Origin: a virus
Direction: 5' to 3' (one strand)
DNA: 64,000 bases
Virus record (IMG/VR): IMGVR_UViG_3300036863_000086
Coordinates: 8,477-72,476 of that record
The notes under the pieces are model-generated. The model ran no database searches. It had not been told where the DNA came from and saw only the letters and a program-made list of their open reading frames with translations. Shown one piece after another: positions 57,273-64,000 of this stretch (its first letter is position 1; every line of letters begins with the position of its first letter). The position numbers were made by a program, and so were the translations under genes.

Positions 57273-57978
57273 ATGGGCGTCGAAGCGCATATCGAAGCGC
57301 ACATGCGAAAACTGCATGGTTTCTCGACATGGAGCTATATGCAGTTTTCTGCTCATTATCAGGGAAAGTCATGGAAGGAGATCCATGACCGTGACCACCA
57401 ACAATGGTGGCAGCACTTCCAGCACTTCCACGAAGATGGAAGCAATCTGGCAAGGACAGCCATCTCATGATGGACTCCATAAGGAACTAGAGATTGGCTA
57501 TTTCCTTGCCGTCCATGATTTCGACAATGGAGAGCGGTTTAACAGCGCGTCCAAAGCGCATGCGAAACTTCTCCACGATACCCACGGAGTCTGGGACACA
57601 AGGTTCCAGGTCAACAAAAAGAGGTAACGATGCCTGAACAAACGGAAAAGGTCGCCTTTGCCAGTCCACAGAACGTCCGAGGCTTCAAGTTCCATCTGAC
57701 CGTCTCGCTGGTCCGTTACGGACATGAATACGGAGGCGATCTGGAAAAGCTGGAGTTGGACAGGCTCAAGCAGCTTCATGCCGCCGAGCACATTGACCGT
57801 CCAGAACTTCCACACGTTCACGGAATCGGGTGATCGCCGTGATCGACCGATACGGGAGAACATGGAATCTGTCGCAAGACGAGCGATGCCCCGGCTGTGG
57901 CCAGCCGGATAACTGCGGCGATTGTACGCATGAACCGCTCACAGAAGCACAAGTCGTTCTGCTTGGAGGATCGGTGAG

Positions 57979-58344
57979 GTGATGTTCAGAGCGTTCAACA
58001 AAAAAGGGGAGCAAGTTGCTGGTGACTTCGAGGAATATGAGGAGGCGAGGGAAGCTGCTGCTGGCGGTTTCGTAGAATTCCGAGAGCCGCAGTTCTACGT
58101 CAGGCATCGTGAACGCTACACGATGTACGCCAACGAAGGAGTCGTGAAAGTCGAAGTCGCCGATCCGTACGGCGGCGACCCGATGCTGTTCACGCGCGTT
58201 GCAAACGACGACACCGGCAACAACGGCTGTCTGACCATCGCGGAGGCGGAACGCTTCCTCGAAGTCTTCGCTGAGAAAATCCGCGAGGCAAAAGACGCCA
58301 AGGCGATGTACGACGCGATGTACGAAGAACCGAAAACGACATGA
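57979..58344 (+). CDS. Hypothetical protein
   Basis: 121 aa with RBS and coding-like composition. Confidence 0.65.
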   Translation: MMFRAFNKKGEQVAGDFEEYEEAREAAAGGFVEFREPQFYVRHRERYTMYANEGVVKVEVADPYGGDPMLFTRVANDDTGNNGCLTIAEAERFLEVFAEKIREAKDAKAMYDAMYEEPKTT

Positions 58345-58486
58345 AAGAGAACGGCCCCTATTCCTCCCTTGGGGAGGAACTAAGAAACCTCGTCAAAGAT
58401 TTCTTCCCCGATTGGGATGAGAATGAAGACGAGATGCTTCGCATCTACCGTGAGGAAAGCGTCCGCGCGGAAGAAAAGGAACACGT

Positions 58487-58675
58487 GTGATTCAGACGGT
58501 TGGCGAACTCCAACAGGCACTTTCAAAGTTCGATCCAGAAGCCAAGATCGAGGCATATAACAACGACTTCGATCTTCCAATGGATATCGGCGCAGTCCAA
58601 AAGGGCACCGATCCAGACAACCCAGAGATGGTCACTGTCGTCTGTGACGAAAAAGAAAAGGAAGCCGCAGAGTGA
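58487..58675 (+). CDS. Hypothetical protein
   Basis: TVGELQQALSKFDPEA motif common in small phage proteins. Confidence 0.6.
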   Translation: MIQTVGELQQALSKFDPEAKIEAYNNDFDLPMDIGAVQKGTDPDNPEMVTVVCDEKEKEAAE

Positions 58676-58734
58676 ATTGCGGAACCACAGGGTTAGGGAA
58701 ACGGCGGCTCTGGTCCTGTGGTTCCGTTATCTAC

Positions 58735-59885
58735 TAAGCCACAGCTTTCTGTGAAGCCCAGAGTTCTTGTGCGAGCCATTGTATTCGTGGAGCCCATTGT
58801 CGCTGTGCGAGCCGTCTGCTTAGTGAAATCCATTATCGTCGTGCGAGCCACTCTAGATGTGAAACCCATATCTTACGTGCGAGCCATGCCGCTACGTGCA
58901 AGCAACGTGAATCCCAAATCGTAGAGTGCAAGCCAAGTATTCAGTGAAACCCATCCCGATTGTGCGAGCCGTGAGTTTAGTGAAACCCAAGCTACAGGTG
59001 CGAGCCAACTCTTCTGTGAAAGCCCAGAGTTGAAGTGCGAGCCAGAAGTTATCTTAAACACAAGACATGGATGCGAGCCGCAGCAAACGCGGAACCCATA
59101 TGCTGCCCGTGCGAGCCACTGCCAGACGTGGAACCCATATCTCACGTGCGCGCCAAAATTTCAGTGAAACCCATACCGGTTGTGCAAGCCAAGATGCCCG
59201 TGAAATCCATAACAACGATGCAAGCCGTCTGCTTTGTGAAACCCAAGCTAAGCGTGCAAGCCGTCATTGGCGTGAACCCCTTTCGGACTCGTGCGAGCCG
59301 TTATGCTTGTGAAATCCATGGCATGCCGTGCGAGCCAATCCTTTCTGTGAAATCCACGAGGTTGCGTGCGAGCCAGAAGACGTCTTAAACACAAGACACA
59401 GATGCGAGCCAGCAGTTTTGTTAACCACAAGGCGTGGATGCGAGCCATTCTGGAGTTTAAACACATATTGTCGTGCGAGCCATGTTTGGCGTGAAAACCG
59501 TTTGCTTTGTGCGAGCCATTGACAGATGTGAAATCCAGAATCACAGTGCGAGTCCTATTGCGTGTGGAGCCCTACGTTCGGTGCGCGCCATAAGAATGGT
59601 GAAACCCACTATCGTCGTGCGAGTCATAGCTTGGATGGAACCCGATATGCAGGTACGAGCCGACATGCGTCTGAAGCCCAGAGTACTACGTGCGAGCCAT
59701 ATTATTTGTGAAATCCCTGTGATGCGTGCGAGCCATCCTCGTCTGTTAATTCCAAGCATAGCGTGCGAGCCAAGGATATCAGTGAAATCCAGCTAATGTG
59801 TGCGAGCCTTGTGGAGTGGTGAAATCCGGCTTGAGTGTGCGAGTCCTACTTTTGTGAATTCCAAAGGTTTGGTGCAAGCCAGCAG
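58735..59885 (+). repeat. TIGR-like dual-repeat array D (~30 units), remote from tas gene
   Basis: Same GTGCGAGCC / GTGAAACCC alternation and period. Confidence 0.9.
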
Positions 59886-60389
59886 GCGTTGAGAGAACGT
59901 GAATATTCCGCCTGCTTAACATTGTCGACTGAAAGATAAGGTGAGTCCAATGTAACCTAGCCATTTCTGGGTCTGAGTTTGCGTTCTTAAAGTTAGTAAT
60001 TGCAAGACCATTCCCTGTAGAGAAACATGCGCTCTGCGGGGTTTGGCCTCGCAATTGCGAGGGCTCAAAAATGAGCAAATAATCCCAGTCCAGCAGTTGT
60101 TCCGGCTTCTTCGGCTACGGAGCACTGCGCACGGATGGGGAAGCTGGTTGCGCTCATCTGGAATCCGTCTTGAACGGTGGATGGTATTGGACGCTGGGTG
60201 GCGACCCAATATTCTGGGGTTCAATTCCCCAGGAGCGCACAAGGCCAAGGAAAATTTAGCTGGTGAACGTCGTGAAACCCATACCATGCGTGCGATTTCC
60301 TTGGCCCCAAACGGGCCACAGGGCAAAGGTTACGGGAATAGCTCCCTCGGACTCTTATGCCCTGTGGCCATAATCGACCGTCGTGACAG

Positions 60390-60612
60390 CCAAGCCATAG
60401 AGTGAAGTCCAGAGGTGCAATGCGAGCCAAGACCCTGGATGGGAACCAAAAACCTAGTGCGAGCCATATGTCGCGTTAAACTCCACAAGTCTAGTGCGAG
60501 CCACCTTACTCGGATGAAACCCAAGAGGTGGATGCGAGCCATACTGCGAGAGAAACCCAAGGGTTTTGGTGCGAGCCGCTTCCCACTATGAAATCCAGAG
60601 GTGCGATGCGAA
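60390..60612 (+). repeat. TIGR-like array E (~6 units) enclosed by a 12-bp stem
   Basis: Repeats as above; GACCGTCGTGAC (60376-60387) / GTCACGACGGTC (60614-60625). Confidence 0.85.
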
Positions 60613-61175
60613 CGTCACGACGGTCATAAGTTGGCGGGCACGGCCCCTTGACCTGGGCGTTGGTCAGTTTAATGCCAATGTCTCAATTCATCCATGCGCG
60701 TAAGTCGGATCGCTGGAAAGATCCCTCGCCCAGAGGGAAGTGAGTACGGCTTTTCCGCTGCATATAAAGGGGCCGTGCCTGTCAATCGTGAACCGATTCA
60801 CAAAGTTTTCCGTCCAATTCTTGGGGCTGAAAATGTCCATCATTACTCCAGATGACATGAACTGCAACTTGGCGTCATGTCAGAAAGACATCTTTCCAAC
60901 TGACGTGGAGTCGTTCGGCATTATTTATTGGAATCCAAAAACGGAAAGCAACGAGCTGCTTGCAATGGCCTGTTCGATGGATCATCTGCTCCAGCTCCTT
61001 GACAAGGAGCGACAGTGACTGAAGACCAGATGCACGAGGACATAGCGCGTCGTTTGCGCGAGTTTGGGTATCCACAAACGACCGCCGAAGACATAAAAAC
61101 TGAGCTATCCCTTCCAAAGGAAAAGCAAAGCATCATCGGGATGTTTGCAACGGGATGGCTGGAGGAGTACGAGTA

Positions 61176-61664
61176 ATGCTCCTAGCTGAAGCGCTCACCC
61201 GACGCGGTGACCTCATGAAAAAGCTGGTCGACCTTCGTGACCGCGCCACAGCAAACGCGCGGTATCAGGAAGGCCAGGAGCCAGCAGAAAGCACAGCCGA
61301 CCTGACTGCTGATTGGGAAGTAGCAGGTGACGAGCTACAAACGCTGATCACACGGATCAACATCACCAACTCCAGAACAATGTTCTCCATGAGCGAGCAC
61401 AGCGAACAAACCACGCTGACCGACGCGCTGGCGGAACGTGAAAAGCAAGGACGGCGTCGGAAGTTCTACAGCGAGCTGGCCGATGCAGCGGCAGGATCAG
61501 GACGCGGAAACCAGTTGCGGTGGCGATTCACTCGTGACGAGATCGTGACCAAGACCGATTTGGATGTTCCACAGCTCCGTGCAAACGCCGATAAGGCGGC
61601 ACAGCGATTCCGCGAGATCGACATGAGAATCCAGCAGCTCAACTGGCAAACTGAGCTGCTATGA
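61176..61664 (+). CDS. DIP1984-family protein
   Basis: MLLAEALTRR...QEGQEPAE...RINITN...LTDALAER...IDMRIQQLNWQTEL. Confidence 0.75.
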   Translation: MLLAEALTRRGDLMKKLVDLRDRATANARYQEGQEPAESTADLTADWEVAGDELQTLITRINITNSRTMFSMSEHSEQTTLTDALAEREKQGRRRKFYSELADAAAGSGRGNQLRWRFTRDEIVTKTDLDVPQLRANADKAAQRFREIDMRIQQLNWQTELL

Positions 61665-61781
61665 GGATCTACCGAACAGCCAAAGGAATCTGGGGATTCG
61701 GAATGAGCAAGTCGCCTGGAGGCTGGCACTTCCAGTTCGGTCCTTGGGTTCTAACGACCGAGCTGGGACAGGAAGGGAGCG

Positions 61782-62018
61782 ATGGCCGAGGGAAAGCAGC
61801 CGAGCAGAGGAAAGAAGAACCGGAAATTTGGCCGCAACCGCTTCGGTGACATCAAGTGTGGTCCAGCAAACAAGCGATACGTGGAAAAGAACCACAGGTT
61901 CCACAACAAGCTCCGCAACGTCGAGCGCTGCAATGGTGAGGACGCAGCGCGGAGCTACCGAGCAAAGTTCGGTGACGTAAAGTACGCCGGAAAAAGCCTG
62001 GTGAAAGTCAAGAAGTAG
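61782..62018 (+). CDS. Small basic hypothetical protein
   Basis: Lys/Arg-rich, GGGAG RBS. Confidence 0.55.
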   Translation: MAEGKQPSRGKKNRKFGRNRFGDIKCGPANKRYVEKNHRFHNKLRNVERCNGEDAARSYRAKFGDVKYAGKSLVKVKK

Positions 62019-62458
62019 CAAACGTGGACGCTTCGGTGACGACCGGAGTGGAGAGGGCGAAAATCCCTCCGCTGGACTGAGTTGCGCCGGACAGCCGAGA
62101 ATGCGCTCAGTCCAGCGCCCACAAAACGTGAGCTGACCGAGGCGTGGGTGCGGGTGGTATGACACGACCTTTAAAAGTCTCAGTGTCATGGTAGGTCAGC
62201 TCACACAATTTAAGAAAGAGTTGGTAGCAAGAATAAGAAGGGCGAGTGCAACAACTCCCTCGGAGCTGGCTCATAACCAGGCGTACGCGAGTGGCCACGC
62301 GGTTTGGTTCAATTCCCATTCTTTACAAGGCACCGAGCAGGCCATGCATAGCGTACATAGACGAGGAAACTCAACAAGTAACTGCGCACTACCACCGCAC
62401 TGACTTCTTGTTGTTGTGAGGGTGTGGCTAGGGGAAACTCTTTCTTCGGAGGTAAGAG

Positions 62459-62695
62459 ATGATAGAGCTAACCGACAATGAACTACGGCTACTCAAGGGC
62501 GCGATGGACCTGCTGATTCGTATCCATGGTTCCACGGTCTTACAAATCCCTGTCGACGAGCAAAGGAGGGCCTGTCCAGCGTCACCGTGGTTGATGCGAG
62601 GGAAGCTGGTGGACGAGTATCACGAACGTGGAATGGAAACAGAAGAGGAAGCCTCGGCGCGAGAAATGCGTGAGCGGTTTACGAGGGTACGATGA
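62459..62695 (+). CDS. Hypothetical protein
   Basis: GGAGG RBS. Confidence 0.55.
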   Translation: MIELTDNELRLLKGAMDLLIRIHGSTVLQIPVDEQRRACPASPWLMRGKLVDEYHERGMETEEEASAREMRERFTRVR

Positions 62696-62991
62696 GTCAA
62701 TCAACGCCAAAGAAGCCAAAGGCACCGAAGGTCTGTAGCGAATGCCTGCGGCGCAAGGTTCGGCATACAGTCGATGGCAGGCATTTCTGCCGTCGCTGCA
62801 AGCCGTAGCAAAAAGGTAAGCGATGCTCAAATACAGAAAACGACCAGCTCCAATTACGGCTGCTGTGTTCGAGTTCACAAACATGAATTCCATACTCTCT
62901 CCAAAACGTCGTTGGGTGCTTGTCATGGGTTCGTTCATGATGAACAGTCGGCGATTCTGGGTGGAGTTGTGCTGCAAGCCATAGAAAGGCC

Positions 62992-63064
62992 CGGGACGTA
63001 GCTTAATTGGAAGAGCCCCGGTTTTGGGAACCGGCAGGTGCCAGTTCGAATCTGGCTGTCCCGA
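62992..63064 (+). tRNA. tRNA-Pro(TGG)
   Basis: CCGGT-TTTGGGA-ACCGG; GTTCGAATC. Confidence 0.9.
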
Positions 63065-63671
63065 CAATGATCCACTACAACTAAAGAGGCCAAATGGAAC
63101 CCAAGAAGGTAACGAAGCGAAATCCAGGCGTTGGCGATGTCACAATCTACCATCCTGATGGAACGGTGGAAGTGAAGAAGCCATATACAACCGCAGAACT
63201 CAAAGATATCGTGGCGAAGTATTATCGACGGAAGCCACGTCGGTTCCAAAAGGACGCAAAGGATGACACTGGAGAAAGTTAGCGACCTGCATTACCGAAC
63301 AATAAGTGGCAACTTTGAAGTCGAGTATGTTCGGAACAAGCTCGGAGCGGCATTCAGCGGCAGGTGGCATATCCGTCGAGTTGGCAAAAAGGTTGCCGTT
63401 GCCAAGTTCGCACAGCTTGGGCAAGTTCGGGATTGGCTGCGGGACAATGACAAGGTGACCGATGAAATTCGAGCCAAGAGAACTGAGTTCACTGGAGAAT
63501 CGACCACCGACGGAGCCATACGAAGTGACAATGGCAGTTGTGATTAGCGTTTCTGGTATCTCACCAGAAGACGCGCTTGCCACTGCCATCGTCGACGCAA
63601 CACGAAAAGGTTTCCGAATTGTCGGAGACAAATACACGGTAGAGAATCTCAGCCAACACTGAGCAAAGAAC

Positions 63672-63766
63672 GGAATACAGAGAGCCATATGCTGAGTGAA
63701 TTCCAGTACTGTAAGTGCGAGCCAACGGACCCATGAAACCCAAGCCCTCTGTGCGCTCTGTATTCC
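63672..63766 (+). repeat. Two-unit TIGR-like mini-array inside an 11-bp stem
   Basis: GGAATACAGAG..GAGCC-N9-GTGAATTCC-N10-GTGCGAGCC-N9-ATGAAACCC-N9-GTGCG..CTCTGTATTCC. Confidence 0.75.
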
Positions 63767-64000
63767 ATTGTTTTCTCAGAGGAGGGAACAATGAAAGGTG
63801 TAGAAGATTGCATCTGTAACCTGGAAGATGCAACTTGTGATCCAATGTGTAAGTGGTGCATCGTCACAAATGGTGACTGCGATCCAGACCCAGAACAACG
63901 GGAAATGGAGGACGCATTTGACGGAGCACTTTCAGACGAATAGCGTCGTACTGGCCATGACTCAACAACTGGCAGATAGCATGAAGTAACAAACGACGCC

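Noticed and set aside
35690-59885. CRISPR array interpretation
   Set aside because: Repeats are ~9-10 nt and of two alternating kinds with ~9-nt spacers; no cas genes
58718-60560. ORFs overlapping arrays D/E
   Set aside because: Repeat-derived pseudo-ORFs

Overview
The window is a segment of a large, tRNA-rich tailed dsDNA phage genome, probably a siphovirus of an actinobacterial host (inferred from the DUF1906-type lysin, DivIVA domain and tail gene types). Bases 1-35.5 kb (- strand) hold the virion module: terminase, portal, lysis genes, a large block of accessory virion proteins, Mu-like protease, scaffold, capsid, neck, tail tube, frameshifting chaperone, tape measure, Dit, minor tail proteins and a GH26 hydrolase, plus two homing endonucleases. 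From 35.7 kb the + strand carries three notable things. (i) A TIGR-Tas-like RNA-guided system: a nuclease-less Nop/IS110-C-terminal-domain protein (36286-37116) with five dual-repeat arrays of ~36-37-nt units (GTGCGAGCC-A..~9 nt..GTGAAACCC-A..~9 nt; roughly 120 units by hand count), plus stem-enclosed one- and two-unit mini-arrays. (ii) An apparently undescribed architecture at 45.7-52.3 kb, where every gene or small gene group sits in the loop of its own 26-59-bp imperfect inverted repeat. The arms abut one another and many mismatches are G-U wobbles, suggesting a giant multibranched transcript. (iii) A cluster of 11 tRNAs interleaved with several structured non-coding elements, including two copies of an unrecognised RNA motif. 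All calls are from manual reading; no searches were run.
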